Shown here piece by piece: positions 39,959 to 49,836 of a stretch of DNA of 64,000 nucleotides. The notes beneath the pieces were generated by a model. That model worked only from the letters and a program-made list of their open reading frames with translations, was not told where the DNA came from and made no database searches. The DNA lies in NCBI GenBank assembly GCA_041640595.1, contig JBEPZY010000004.1:294014-358013 (forward strand), given 5' to 3'. The DNA comes from Gemmatales bacterium. Its GTDB lineage: Bacteria; Planctomycetota; Planctomycetia; Gemmatales; HRBIN36. The first letter of the stretch is position 1, and each line of letters begins with the position of its first letter. Position numbers and translations under genes: made by a program.

Positions 39959-42559
39959 ATGATGCAGCAGCCACAGGGTCGCGGATTTCAGGCAGAGGGA
40001 CACGGGTTGCAGCGAGAGGAGCGCGGGTTGCAGCCGGAAGGTCGCGGGTTGCAGGCGGTCGTGGACTTTTTGCGACGGAACTACGGCTGGGGGCTCGACC
40101 ACGAAATCGGCCAGGGCGGGTTCGGCGTGGTGTATCGGGAAGTCGTGGATGGCGTCGAACGGGCCGTCAAAATCAGCCGGTTTTCGCTGGAAGAAATGGG
40201 GGCTAGTCCGGGCAACGCGAACGATGTGCAGGCGGCGGTGCAACGCGAACTCGAAGCCATCGAGTTGCTGCGTCGGGTCGGCAACCATCCGCACGTGTTG
40301 ACGCTGATTCGCTACGAAATTGTGCTCGGCCACCTGGTTACCGTCTGGGAACTGGCCAGCGAGGGGACGTTACTCGACCGGCTCAAGGAGCATCAGCGGC
40401 AAAACGGACAATGCGGATTGCCGTTGGATCAATTGATGCCGTGGATGGAACAGGCGGCGGAAGGCATCGAGTTTCTCAACAGCCGCGGCATTTTCCACCG
40501 CGACATCAAGCCGCAGAACCTGTTTCTGGTGGGCGGGCAGGTGAAGGTGGGCGATCTCGGATTTCTGAAGCTGGCGGGGCTGAGCACAGTGTCCCAGACG
40601 GGCATGGGCACGGTTGGCTATCTGCCGCTGGAGGCGTATCCGCGGAGTGCGAACGAGAAGGGTCAGTTGCATCGCACGATAGATGTGTACGGACTGGCGG
40701 CGACGTATGTGCATCTGCGGACGGGCAAGCCGCCGTTTGGCACGACCCCGCACGAGATCACCGCTCGTCAGCAACGCGGTGAGCCGTGCACGGAGGGTAT
40801 GACCGCGGCGGAGGCGGAATGGGTGCGGCAGGCGTTATCGCCTCGGCCCAACGACCGCCCCACCTCGGCTAAGAGCTTCGTCCAGCAACTCGAAAGCCGA
40901 CTGATGCTCGGCCAGATGACGACCAGGCCGGCCGTTGTCGCACAGGTGCCGGATTTACCGTCGCTCGATGCCGTCCAGGTCGGGCCAGTGCAGCCACGGG
41001 AGCATCGTCCTACGCTATTGCCGCCGGTGCCTGAAGACCTGGCGAGTTTGCAGGGGCAATTTCTCGCACTCACGGAGGCCATCGAGCAGGTGGAAGCGGA
41101 ATCGCATCCCGACCTGCGACCGGTTCGTGCTGCCCTGGAGCAAGCCGAACAAACATTGCGGCAAGCGTTCTTGGAAAGGAAAGCGGAACTGGACAAACTG
41201 CCCTTGCCGCCGGGCGTGAATCGGGAGCTGGTGCAGCAACTCTACCAGGAATTGCGGAAGGGCGAGTCGTTGCCGCCGAGTGCGTTTCTGCGCTACTGTC
41301 CTGAAAGCGGGCGGTGGGCGTTTTTCCAGTGGCTGTTGCAGGCGAAGAGCGTGGCGGGCAGTGTGGCGGACATCGAACGCAAGCTGGCCGAACTGCGACA
41401 ACAATGGTCGGCGAAGAAGCAGCAATTACTGGCCCGGTTGCATAGTCAGCGGCAGCAGGTCTGGCAGCAGCTGGAGCGTCGGCAACGCGAGGATTTGCGG
41501 GAGTGCTGGTCGCAGGTGGAACGCGGCATGGCATCGGTGCCTGGCGTGTTGCCGCTGGAGGTGTGGGTGCGTTACGGCCCGGAACTGAGCCAGCGCTACC
41601 TCGGCTGGGAGGAGACCCAACTCCTGACTATCGCGGAGGAGAGATGGCGCGCTCCGCTACTCCCGGTGCTGAGGGGGCACGCGTGGGCGGTCAATAGCGT
41701 CGCGGTAACGCCCGATGGCAAATACATCGTTTCGGGAAGTGATGACCAAACGGTGCGGGTGTGGGAGCTGGCGACGGGGCAAGAAGTACGGCGGTTCAGG
41801 GCGGGGCTTTTGAGCGCGGTCAAAACCCTCGCGGTGACGCCCGATGGGAAATATGTCGTTTCGGGCATGGACATCAACGGCACGGTGCGTTTGTGGGAGC
41901 TGGCGACGGGGAAAGTAGTGCGGCGGTTCAGGGGGCACCGGGTCGGGGTCAATAGCGTCGCGGTGACGCCCCATGGCCGCTATGTCGTATCCGGAGGCTG
42001 GGACGGAACGGTGCGTTTGTGGGAGCTGGCGACGGGGCAAGAAGTGCGGCGGTTCACGGGGCACGAGGATTGGGTCAGGAGCGTCGCGGTAACGCCCGAT
42101 GGGAAATACGTCGTTTCGGGAAGCAGGGACGGAACGGTGCGGGTGTGGGACCTGGCGGCGGCGCAGGAAGTGCGGCGGTTCACGGGGCACTGGGGTGTGG
42201 TCAGGAGCGTGGCGGTGACACCCGGTGGGAAATACGTCGTTTCCGGAAGCGAGGACAAAACGGTGTGTGTGTGGGACCTGGCAACGGGGCAGGCAGTGCG
42301 GCGGTTCACGGGGCACGAGAGTTTGGTCAATAGCGTCGCGGTGACGCCCGATGGCAAATACGTCGTTTCGGGAAGCAGGGACCTCACGGTGCGTGTGTGG
42401 GACCTGGCGACAGGGAAAGAAGTGCGGCGGTTCACGGGGCACGCGGGTTGGGTCACCAGCGTCGCGGTGACCCCCGATGGCCGATACGTCGTTTCGGGAA
42501 GCGATGACAAAACGGTGCGGGTGTGGTACATCGGCGATTTGCGCAAACAGGCGCGATGA
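39959..42559 (+). CDS. Ser/Thr kinase, coiled coil and seven WD40 repeats
   Basis: GQGGFGVVY, AVK, HRDIKPQN, DLG; C-terminal GH..WV.SVAVTPDGKYVVSGS repeats; start placed at ATG 39959 (GAGGG upstream). Confidence 0.9.
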   Translation: MMQQPQGRGFQAEGHGLQREERGLQPEGRGLQAVVDFLRRNYGWGLDHEIGQGGFGVVYREVVDGVERAVKISRFSLEEMGASPGNANDVQAAVQRELEAIELLRRVGNHPHVLTLIRYEIVLGHLVTVWELASEGTLLDRLKEHQRQNGQCGLPLDQLMPWMEQAAEGIEFLNSRGIFHRDIKPQNLFLVGGQVKVGDLGFLKLAGLSTVSQTGMGTVGYLPLEAYPRSANEKGQLHRTIDVYGLAATYVHLRTGKPPFGTTPHEITARQQRGEPCTEGMTAAEAEWVRQALSPRPNDRPTSAKSFVQQLESRLMLGQMTTRPAVVAQVPDLPSLDAVQVGPVQPREHRPTLLPPVPEDLASLQGQFLALTEAIEQVEAESHPDLRPVRAALEQAEQTLRQAFLERKAELDKLPLPPGVNRELVQQLYQELRKGESLPPSAFLRYCPESGRWAFFQWLLQAKSVAGSVADIERKLAELRQQWSAKKQQLLARLHSQRQQVWQQLERRQREDLRECWSQVERGMASVPGVLPLEVWVRYGPELSQRYLGWEETQLLTIAEERWRAPLLPVLRGHAWAVNSVAVTPDGKYIVSGSDDQTVRVWELATGQEVRRFRAGLLSAVKTLAVTPDGKYVVSGMDINGTVRLWELATGKVVRRFRGHRVGVNSVAVTPHGRYVVSGGWDGTVRLWELATGQEVRRFTGHEDWVRSVAVTPDGKYVVSGSRDGTVRVWDLAAAQEVRRFTGHWGVVRSVAVTPGGKYVVSGSEDKTVCVWDLATGQAVRRFTGHESLVNSVAVTPDGKYVVSGSRDLTVRVWDLATGKEVRRFTGHAGWVTSVAVTPDGRYVVSGSDDKTVRVWYIGDLRKQAR

Positions 42560-43150
42560 TGGGCCGATCCCCCGCACTCGCAGCGTAAATGAGCAAGACA
42601 GCGACCATCGGGCATGTTGTCGGCTTGGCGGTCATGCGTGTGCTCGCCGCACGGATCAGCAAGACGGCGATCTCCTGGCGCACACGTGGCCCGGATGACC
42701 GGCGTGGTCAGTTACGGTTCGTAGCTCGGGTTTGGCTGGCGATAGTGAATCCAGTCCGCCAGCGAGCTGCTCTCATGGTGTTACGGATGCACAGTGTTAC
42801 AGTCGGGATGGCTGGCGATAATGAATCCAGTGCCGCCGGCATGACCGGCGTGGTCAGCACGGTTCGCCAGCAGCCACACGGGAGAGATGGGCTTCTGTAC
42901 CACGGGTGCAAGGCCCCTGACAGCCCGTCAGTACGGTTGGCCCACGCAGCGGCACGCGACAGCACGACACGAAGCCGTTATGGAAGCTGGGGCGAGGCAC
43001 GATTAGTACGGTTCACCAGCAGCCACACGCGACAGACTGTGAACAGGCCGCTCCCGACGAACAACAGATTTTGCGACGGCCTGCGACGATTGGTTATCAC
43101 CCCGTTACCGGGAGCTGAGTCCGAGCACGCCGAACTGCGCACCATGCGTC

Positions 43151-43246
43151 GCCTATGTCGCTGAGGAAACAGGGGCGAGTGGCCGTTACGTTTGGGCGGG
43201 GCGTGGGGCTGGTCCTGCCTACGTTGCTGCGGAAACCGGGGCGAGT
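43151..43246. repeat. 30 bp duplication of the GH3 gene 3' end around a 36 bp insert
   Basis: GCCTATGTCGCTGAGGAAACAGGGGCGAGT versus GCCTACGTTGCTGCGGAAACCGGGGCGAGT. Confidence 0.88.
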
Positions 43247-44916
43247 TCCGTGAGCACGGGAAGTTGCTCGCGGAAGGAGAAGTCGGGCACCAGGACGGGA
43301 TGCTTGTACTGCTCCGGAGTGCCGCCGGTTCGGCGTAAGCGCTGGCGATCCCAATCGTGCAGAGCGTTAGCGGCGACCACCAGCACACGGATGCTGCCGA
43401 GGCGACTTTTGCGTTTCTCCTCGTATTCGGAGTTGGCCTGCCGCAATCGGCGGTCGAGCGCGTCGGCCAGCCGAAGCAGATCCGCCTCGCTCACCGGCTC
43501 GTTCTTCTCAACAAACAGGCCGTAGTAAGGGCGTTCGTCGTCCCAGCACGGGGCGAGCGTGTAGTTGGTCAGAGCGAGATCGAGTTCGGCCAGGGCTTGC
43601 CGCATCGCCTCGCTGACCTGGAAGGCAGAGAGTTTTTCACCGGTGATGCTGGCAAAATGGCTGCCCTTATTGAGAAAGGCGATCATCGGCGTGCGGTGAT
43701 AGAAGCCGGTGACGCGTACCACGTCGAAGATGTTGTAACGGTACAGACCGTAGGCGGTGGTGAGGATGAGGAAGTAATCGCGGCCTTCCTGCACTTCGTC
43801 CACGGTGAGCACGGTTGGTTGCGGCGACTCGATTTCGTCAACGGGAATAAACTCGAAAAAGTGGCTGGTGATGTCGAGCACGCCGCTGGAGGTATTGTCC
43901 TCGATGGGGATGCTGAAACGTCCTTCGCTGGCCAGCAGGCCCAGATCGCGCACCGGAAGATTGTCGAAGTAACGGGGATAGAGTCGCAAATAGGCACCGA
44001 CACTGCCGCCCGTCCAGTTGCCGAGCATGGCCAGGCTTGGCCAGACGTCCACCGGTCGCAGGGTTCCGGTGCGTTCAGCAAGCCGGTCGAGTTCACGAGC
44101 ACGACGGCGGTGTCGGCCAAGACGAGGGCGTAAGGCCGAGCGAATCTCCGGCGGCACCTGCACGCCCGACCAGAGTCCGCCGTCGAACAGGTCGCGAATG
44201 AGCTGTTCCTTATAGCGATCCAGCGTGCGGGCCAGGTTGATGATGGTGCTGGGATTGGCGGAAATGATTAGCCCCAGCGGTCGCGGCAAACTCAAGCGGA
44301 GGGCGACGTAGTATTTGGCCTGAATGTCGCGGATTTTCGCTGTGCAGGCCGGCATGCAATAAACCCAGCGAATCACCCGACCCTGCATTTGTGCGGTCAA
44401 TCCGCTGACACTGCCGCAGGGAATTCCCGCTTCGGTGCGAAACTCCTCCCAATCGCTGACCAGTTGCAGGATCGGTCGCAGCAGCGCATGGGGATGCGCC
44501 TGGTACACATGCCAGCCCCAAACCGTCCAACCCCGGCGGTAGTCAGCGAGATACTGGTCGGTCACGGGGATGAATTTGCGGCTGGCCGTAGTACCGCTGG
44601 TCAAAGCGAACATGAGCACACGGTCATCGCCCAAGAGGGCATCGAGTTTGCCGCGTTTGACCTGCTCGATGTACGGCTCAAAATCCTCGTAGCGGCGAAT
44701 GGGGAGGTGCTTGCGAAAATCCGCCAGGGTGCGAATCTGTGAGAAATGATGTTCTCGGCCGAATTGCGTCTGACTTGCACGTGTGATAATACGCTGCAAC
44801 AACGCTGACTGAACCTCCCGCGGTGAATGCGTAGCCTGGTCGAAGGCTTGCGCCCAGCGGCGTGCCTGCCGTTTTGCAAAATGGGCCAGAATCTTCCGCG
44901 CTAACCACAGGAACAT
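43219..44916 (-). CDS. GH3 family acyl-acid amido synthetase-like protein
   Basis: TSGTT...KFIP, ASEG, FFEFIP, GLYRYNIFD, GEK motifs. Confidence 0.88.
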   Translation of the reverse strand: MFLWLARKILAHFAKRQARRWAQAFDQATHSPREVQSALLQRIITRASQTQFGREHHFSQIRTLADFRKHLPIRRYEDFEPYIEQVKRGKLDALLGDDRVLMFALTSGTTASRKFIPVTDQYLADYRRGWTVWGWHVYQAHPHALLRPILQLVSDWEEFRTEAGIPCGSVSGLTAQMQGRVIRWVYCMPACTAKIRDIQAKYYVALRLSLPRPLGLIISANPSTIINLARTLDRYKEQLIRDLFDGGLWSGVQVPPEIRSALRPRLGRHRRRARELDRLAERTGTLRPVDVWPSLAMLGNWTGGSVGAYLRLYPRYFDNLPVRDLGLLASEGRFSIPIEDNTSSGVLDITSHFFEFIPVDEIESPQPTVLTVDEVQEGRDYFLILTTAYGLYRYNIFDVVRVTGFYHRTPMIAFLNKGSHFASITGEKLSAFQVSEAMRQALAELDLALTNYTLAPCWDDERPYYGLFVEKNEPVSEADLLRLADALDRRLRQANSEYEEKRKSRLGSIRVLVVAANALHDWDRQRLRRTGGTPEQYKHPVLVPDFSFREQLPVLTELAPVSAAT

Positions 44917-45029
44917 GACGCCTGGTTCTTCTCCCGTCGCATTGGCTGCAGACCGCACCGATCAGCGTCTCGCCCTGGGTGGGCAAGAGCACACTGTGCC
45001 GGTCACCCTGGCTAACGTCGGCAGCCGAA

Positions 45030-46043
45030 TCACGCAGGCATGACTGCCGGCGAAGGCTCGAAGCTGGTTTTGCGCCGGCCGGCCAGGTGTGTCAGGAAAA
45101 ATTGGCAAATCCGCCGCTGGTATTCCTCGGCAGCGACCTGGACGGCCTGGTTGTGCTTGGCCCCTTCGACGATCCAGAGTTCTTTCGGCTGGCCGGCACG
45201 ATCGAACAATTCCCGGGCCCATTCCGGCCGGATGTAGTTGTCATTACCGCCGTGGATCATCAACAACGGTCGCGGAGCAAGTTGCCCAATGGCTCGCTCC
45301 AGGCTTGGAAATTGACAGCGGCGTTGCTGTGACAATCGCCACAAGGCCATCCGGGCTGCCAGAACGTATATCCAGCGCGGCAGATAGCGGTAGATATTCC
45401 AGCGCAGGCTATACAGACTCACCCACTTCTGCATGTATGGTACCATGGTGCTGATGGTGGCGAAAGCACCGTCGGTAACGACGCAGCGAATATACGGTTC
45501 GTCAGCGGCGGCGATCAGACCGGCCGAGCCACCCCGACTGACTCCGAAAAAGCCGATGCCCCGCGGATCAGCGTCGGGTCGTTTCCGCAGGTAACGGATG
45601 GCCGCTCGCACATCCTCCACCTCATAATTGGTAACCCATTGCAACGGCTCGTAGTCGGGCAAACCCTGGCTGTCGCCGCAATTCCGAAATTCAAAGGTAA
45701 AGACGTCAAATCCTGCCTCGAGCAAGCCGCGACAATACTGGTAACAGGACCAGCGATTCGAGCCGAATTCGGTGCCAAATAGAATCACCCCGCGGCGACG
45801 CGAACCCTGGCCCCGCAGATAACTTCCGGTTAGCCACAAGCCATCGCGGGTCGGGAAAGTTACGTCCTCAGCTTCGGGCAGCGGTTCGCCCCGGGGAATG
45901 ATGAAAATCGGTTTCTCCTGGAAAATTCGCATGATGATGCCGACGTAACGCAGGAAAATCCACACCATCAACAACCCAAAGGCTGCCGTAACGGCAACGG
46001 CGAGCCAAAGCAAACAAGTCAGCAGGCTGGTCAGCCAGTCCAC
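45030..46043 (-). CDS. Membrane-anchored alpha/beta hydrolase
   Basis: N-terminal TM segment, GVSRG nucleophile elbow, IHGGND, GAKHN. Confidence 0.88.
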   Translation of the reverse strand: MDWLTSLLTCLLWLAVAVTAAFGLLMVWIFLRYVGIIMRIFQEKPIFIIPRGEPLPEAEDVTFPTRDGLWLTGSYLRGQGSRRRGVILFGTEFGSNRWSCYQYCRGLLEAGFDVFTFEFRNCGDSQGLPDYEPLQWVTNYEVEDVRAAIRYLRKRPDADPRGIGFFGVSRGGSAGLIAAADEPYIRCVVTDGAFATISTMVPYMQKWVSLYSLRWNIYRYLPRWIYVLAARMALWRLSQQRRCQFPSLERAIGQLAPRPLLMIHGGNDNYIRPEWARELFDRAGQPKELWIVEGAKHNQAVQVAAEEYQRRICQFFLTHLAGRRKTSFEPSPAVMPA

Positions 46044-46177
46044 GGTTACCTCCTCCTGGTGCTCATCTCAGGGCTGGCCGGATATTATCCGTTTCCGGGC
46101 AAATTTAGGTGGTTATTTATGGAAAAATCGCTGGGGTTCAAGAGAAAGTTTACCACGTCTCCGAGCGGGAAAGCCAA

Positions 46178-47470
46178 TCAATCGCGGAATCGGCTGACGA
46201 CCAGGGAAACGTTCTGTCCGCCAAATCCGAAACTATTGCTCAGGACGTGCTCGACCTGCTGCTGGCGGGCGACGTTGGGGATGTAGTCGAGGTCGCATTC
46301 TGGGTCGGGATGTTCGTAGTTTATCGTGGGAGGCAGCACGCCGTGCCGAATGGCCAGAACGCAGGTGATCAGTTCCACGACGCCGGCAGCAGCGATGAGG
46401 TGACCCAGCATGCTCTTGCTGGAAGAAATCGGCACGCGGTAGGCGTATTCACCGAATACTTTTTTGATGGCCAGCGTTTCGACACGGTCGTTCACCTGAG
46501 TGCTGGTCCCGTGGGCATTGATGTAGCCGATGTCTTCGGGTCGTAAACCGGCGTCGCGGATAGCATCGGCCATGCAAGCAATCGCCCCGCGACCTTCGGG
46601 ATGGCTGTCGGTAATGCGGAAGGCATCCGCACTCAGGCCGTAACCGGTAATCTCCGCATAAATATGTGCCTTGCGTCGGCGGGCATGTTCGAGTTCTTCG
46701 AGCACCACCATGCCGGCCCCTTCGCCGAGCACAAAACCGTCGCGGAGTGCATCAAACGGTCTGGACGCTTTTGTCGGTTCGTCGTTGCGGGTGGATAAAG
46801 CCGTCAGCAGGTTGAAACCGGTTACGCCGAACGGATGGATCATGCTATGACTGCCGCCGGACAGCACGATGTCGGCATCGCCGCGGCGGATCAGTTCCAC
46901 GGCTTCGCCGATGGCCTGGCTGCTGGCAGCGCAGGCGGTGAGGCAGTTGTAGTTCGGCCCGCGCAGGTCGAAATATTCGGCGAGATGCCCTGCGGTGGTA
47001 TGCGGTTCCTGTTCGCGTTCGCGTCCGGCGTGGAGTTCCTGCAAGGCCAGCTCGGTAAAACGTCGCGTGTCCACCGTTTGCGTGTCGGGCTGGTAACAAC
47101 GACCGATCAGGCTGATGAAGGCAAAGAAGTCCTGCTGTCCCTCGCCTGTGCCCAGATATAGGCCGAAACGCCGACGATCCACGCCACCGGATAAGACCCC
47201 GGCATCTTCCAGGGCCTGACGAGCTGCAGCCAGAGCGAATCGGCAATTGGCTCCGGCATGTTCAAACCGCTGGGCGTCGCTGCCGAGAAATCGCCGCAAG
47301 TCGAAATCGCGTACTTCCGCCGCTATTTGCGTGGGAAACGTGCGGGCGTCGAAATGGGTAATGCGACCGACGCCACTGCGGCCTTCGATCTGCTGGCGGT
47401 AGAGCTCCTCGGCATTATGCCCCAGCGGCGTAATCGCACCCATGCCAGTTATGACGACCCGGCGACGCAT
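46178..47470 (-). CDS. fabF: Beta-ketoacyl-ACP synthase (FabF-like, catalytic)
   Basis: TACAASS (Cys), NAHGTST and KSMLGHL: Cys-His-His triad intact. Confidence 0.9.
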   Translation of the reverse strand: MRRRVVITGMGAITPLGHNAEELYRQQIEGRSGVGRITHFDARTFPTQIAAEVRDFDLRRFLGSDAQRFEHAGANCRFALAAARQALEDAGVLSGGVDRRRFGLYLGTGEGQQDFFAFISLIGRCYQPDTQTVDTRRFTELALQELHAGREREQEPHTTAGHLAEYFDLRGPNYNCLTACAASSQAIGEAVELIRRGDADIVLSGGSHSMIHPFGVTGFNLLTALSTRNDEPTKASRPFDALRDGFVLGEGAGMVVLEELEHARRRKAHIYAEITGYGLSADAFRITDSHPEGRGAIACMADAIRDAGLRPEDIGYINAHGTSTQVNDRVETLAIKKVFGEYAYRVPISSSKSMLGHLIAAAGVVELITCVLAIRHGVLPPTINYEHPDPECDLDYIPNVARQQQVEHVLSNSFGFGGQNVSLVVSRFRD

Positions 47471-47488
47471 ACTTCACGGCCCGTCTGG

Positions 47489-48769
47489 TTAGCGAAAGCG
47501 GCGAAATACCGCGGCAGCACAGTGCCCGCGTTCTCCGATGGCGACTTTCAGAAAATAATCGCTTCGCGGTTCGTGCCAGCGACCGGCCAGAACGTGAATC
47601 GGACAGTCGGGATCCGGTTCGCGGTAATTGCGTGTCGGAGGCAGCAAACCACGCTGAAAAGCGAGCAGACTGATGGCGAGTTCAGCCACAGAGCCGGCCG
47701 CACCGAGATTGCCCCAGTAACTCTTGGCGGCAAAGACGGGTACACGGGGATTGTTCCGGCCAAAGATACGTGCCAGCCCGGCCGACTCCCAGATGTCATC
47801 CTGCCGCGTGCTGTAACCGTGAGCGTTGATATGGTCAATGTCTTCGGGACTGATGCCGGCCCGCTGCAATGCCTGGCCAATCACCTCCGCCAGGACCTCT
47901 CCGCTTCGCCGCGGATCGAAACCGCACGCGAAACCGACGATTTCGGCGTAAATCCTGGCGCCCCGTTGCTGGGCATGTTTTTCGGTCTCCAGAACCAGTA
48001 TGGCTGAGCCTTCCCCGGGTACCAGGCCGTCGCGGTCACGGTCGAACGGACGGCAGGCTTCTTCAGGGGCCTGGTTGCGTCGGCTCACCGGCGCAAACAA
48101 ACAGAGCCGGGCCATGCTCAACGGATTGAGCCGACTGTCGCCACCGCCCGTGAGCATAACATCAGCCAGTCCCCGCCGCAAGATGTGCCATGCCTCGCCC
48201 AGCGCCAGCAGGGATGAGACGTCGCCTTGCGTGATGGAATTATTGGGTCCCTGGGCGTTGTGCAGGATGGAAACATGGCAGGCCAGCATATTGGGCAGGT
48301 ACTTGAGCATCCACAGCGGAGGCATGGCGGCCAGACCGTCGCGCCCCCACTTTTCCATATCCACGAAATACGGCTGGCCGTTGGTGCATAACCGTGCGGC
48401 TGGGCCGAGTTCTTCCAGTTCACTGGCGATCAGTCCGGCTCCGTAAATCACGCCGAACCGTGTCGGATCGAGTCGAGCCGGATCGAGCCCGGCATCCTGC
48501 AGGGCCAGGTTGGTAGCACACACGGCCAGTTGAATTGGCCGCGACATTACTTTCAGCGCCTTGCGATCCTTGCGATCGACGAAATCCTTTGCGTCGAAGT
48601 CGGGGATATACCCGGCAAACTGAGTGGACAGGGCGCTGGGGTCAAACAGCTCAATCCGGCGGACACCACTGGTTCCGGCTTGGAGATTCTGCCAGATCTG
48701 CTCCTGCCGCCAGCCCAGCGGGGTCAGCAAACCCAGGCCGCTTATGACAATTTTCTGCTCCATGCTCAT
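47489..48769 (-). CDS. Ketosynthase-like protein lacking the catalytic Cys (chain-length-factor-like)
   Basis: FabF-fold motifs, but TQGDVSS replaces TACASS and KSYWGNL replaces KSxxGHL. Confidence 0.85.
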   Translation of the reverse strand: MSMEQKIVISGLGLLTPLGWRQEQIWQNLQAGTSGVRRIELFDPSALSTQFAGYIPDFDAKDFVDRKDRKALKVMSRPIQLAVCATNLALQDAGLDPARLDPTRFGVIYGAGLIASELEELGPAARLCTNGQPYFVDMEKWGRDGLAAMPPLWMLKYLPNMLACHVSILHNAQGPNNSITQGDVSSLLALGEAWHILRRGLADVMLTGGGDSRLNPLSMARLCLFAPVSRRNQAPEEACRPFDRDRDGLVPGEGSAILVLETEKHAQQRGARIYAEIVGFACGFDPRRSGEVLAEVIGQALQRAGISPEDIDHINAHGYSTRQDDIWESAGLARIFGRNNPRVPVFAAKSYWGNLGAAGSVAELAISLLAFQRGLLPPTRNYREPDPDCPIHVLAGRWHEPRSDYFLKVAIGERGHCAAAVFRRFR

Positions 48770-49275
48770 TCCCGGGCAGAACTCGGCTGCGCTGATTCGG
48801 TCGGCAGCAAGCGATTCAGCCCCAGCAAGCGTTTCAGGCTACCCGTAAAGACGAAATTGTCCGCTTCCGCAGAAAGCGCCTCGCCGGCTTTTTCCGGGCG
48901 AACGTGAGCGAAGAGGATTTCTGCCTCGGCGACCAGTTCATCGCCGACCCGTGCTCGGCCGTGCACGGTCGCTCCTTCGGCTCGGTAATCGAGCAATTCC
49001 ACCTCGTACTGCAGCTGCTCGCCCGGATAGACCTCGCGATGAATCTGGACGGCGTGGATTTTCGCCAGCACCACATTGTGGCGAAAATCACCTGCCTGGC
49101 CTACCAGGATACCTCCGGTTTGCGCCAAGCCTTCCAGCAGCAACGTCGCCGGAAAGACCGGATAGCCAGGCAGATGGTCGCGAAAGTAATCTTCGGCCTG
49201 GCTCAGGTTTTTCACCGCACAGGCACGCCGGCCTGGCTCAAAAGCGACAAAGCGGTCCACCCAGATCCAGCGCAT
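48766..49275 (-). CDS. 3-hydroxyacyl-ACP dehydratase (FabZ-like)
   Basis: WVDR, FRDHLPGYPVFPATLLLEGLAQ, VYPG. Confidence 0.88.
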   Translation of the reverse strand: MRWIWVDRFVAFEPGRRACAVKNLSQAEDYFRDHLPGYPVFPATLLLEGLAQTGGILVGQAGDFRHNVVLAKIHAVQIHREVYPGEQLQYEVELLDYRAEGATVHGRARVGDELVAEAEILFAHVRPEKAGEALSAEADNFVFTGSLKRLLGLNRLLPTESAQPSSARE

Positions 49276-49286
49276 GTCTGCTCGAC

Positions 49287-49703
49287 TCAGCGAGCCGGTG
49301 GCGCAGCAGCTTCTTCGGACTGGAGCTTGCTTTCAATGTAGCGGGTGATCATTTCGACGGTGAACAGGTCGCTGATTTTGCTTACCTGCGGGTCTTTGGC
49401 GAAGGAATCAATATCGGCGAAGGGCAGCCGTTGCCGCAGCAACTCGATCCCTTTGGGCGTGACCTTGCCGTCCTGCACGTATTCCGGGTCGCCCTGGAAA
49501 ATGGACTCCGGGAACAGTTCGCCCCGCGGAATCTTGATACCGAAACCACGTTCCAGCCGGAACACGATGTCCAGGAAATCAATGGATTCCGCTCCCAGGT
49601 CGCCCTGCAACGTGGCTTCCGGGCGTATATCCTCCGGGTCCACGTTCAGGGAGTCCACCAACGTGGCGACCACCTTTTCGTAAATTTCCTGTTTGGACGG
49701 CAT
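49287..49703 (-). CDS. Acyl carrier protein (extended, 138 aa)
   Basis: DLGAESIDFLDIVFRLE; AGGAGG RBS before ATG 49703. Confidence 0.9.
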   Translation of the reverse strand: MPSKQEIYEKVVATLVDSLNVDPEDIRPEATLQGDLGAESIDFLDIVFRLERGFGIKIPRGELFPESIFQGDPEYVQDGKVTPKGIELLRQRLPFADIDSFAKDPQVSKISDLFTVEMITRYIESKLQSEEAAAPPAR

Positions 49704-49836
49704 AGTTCGATACCTCCTTTGCTGAAGCGGTCGGCTGCTGCCTGGGGCATTTCGCATGGTCAAGGGGCTTGCCAGAGCCGGTTCAGTCGGTCATCGCCAG
49801 TTGCTGCCGACGAGCACTGGCCAGCCACTCTTGCCG

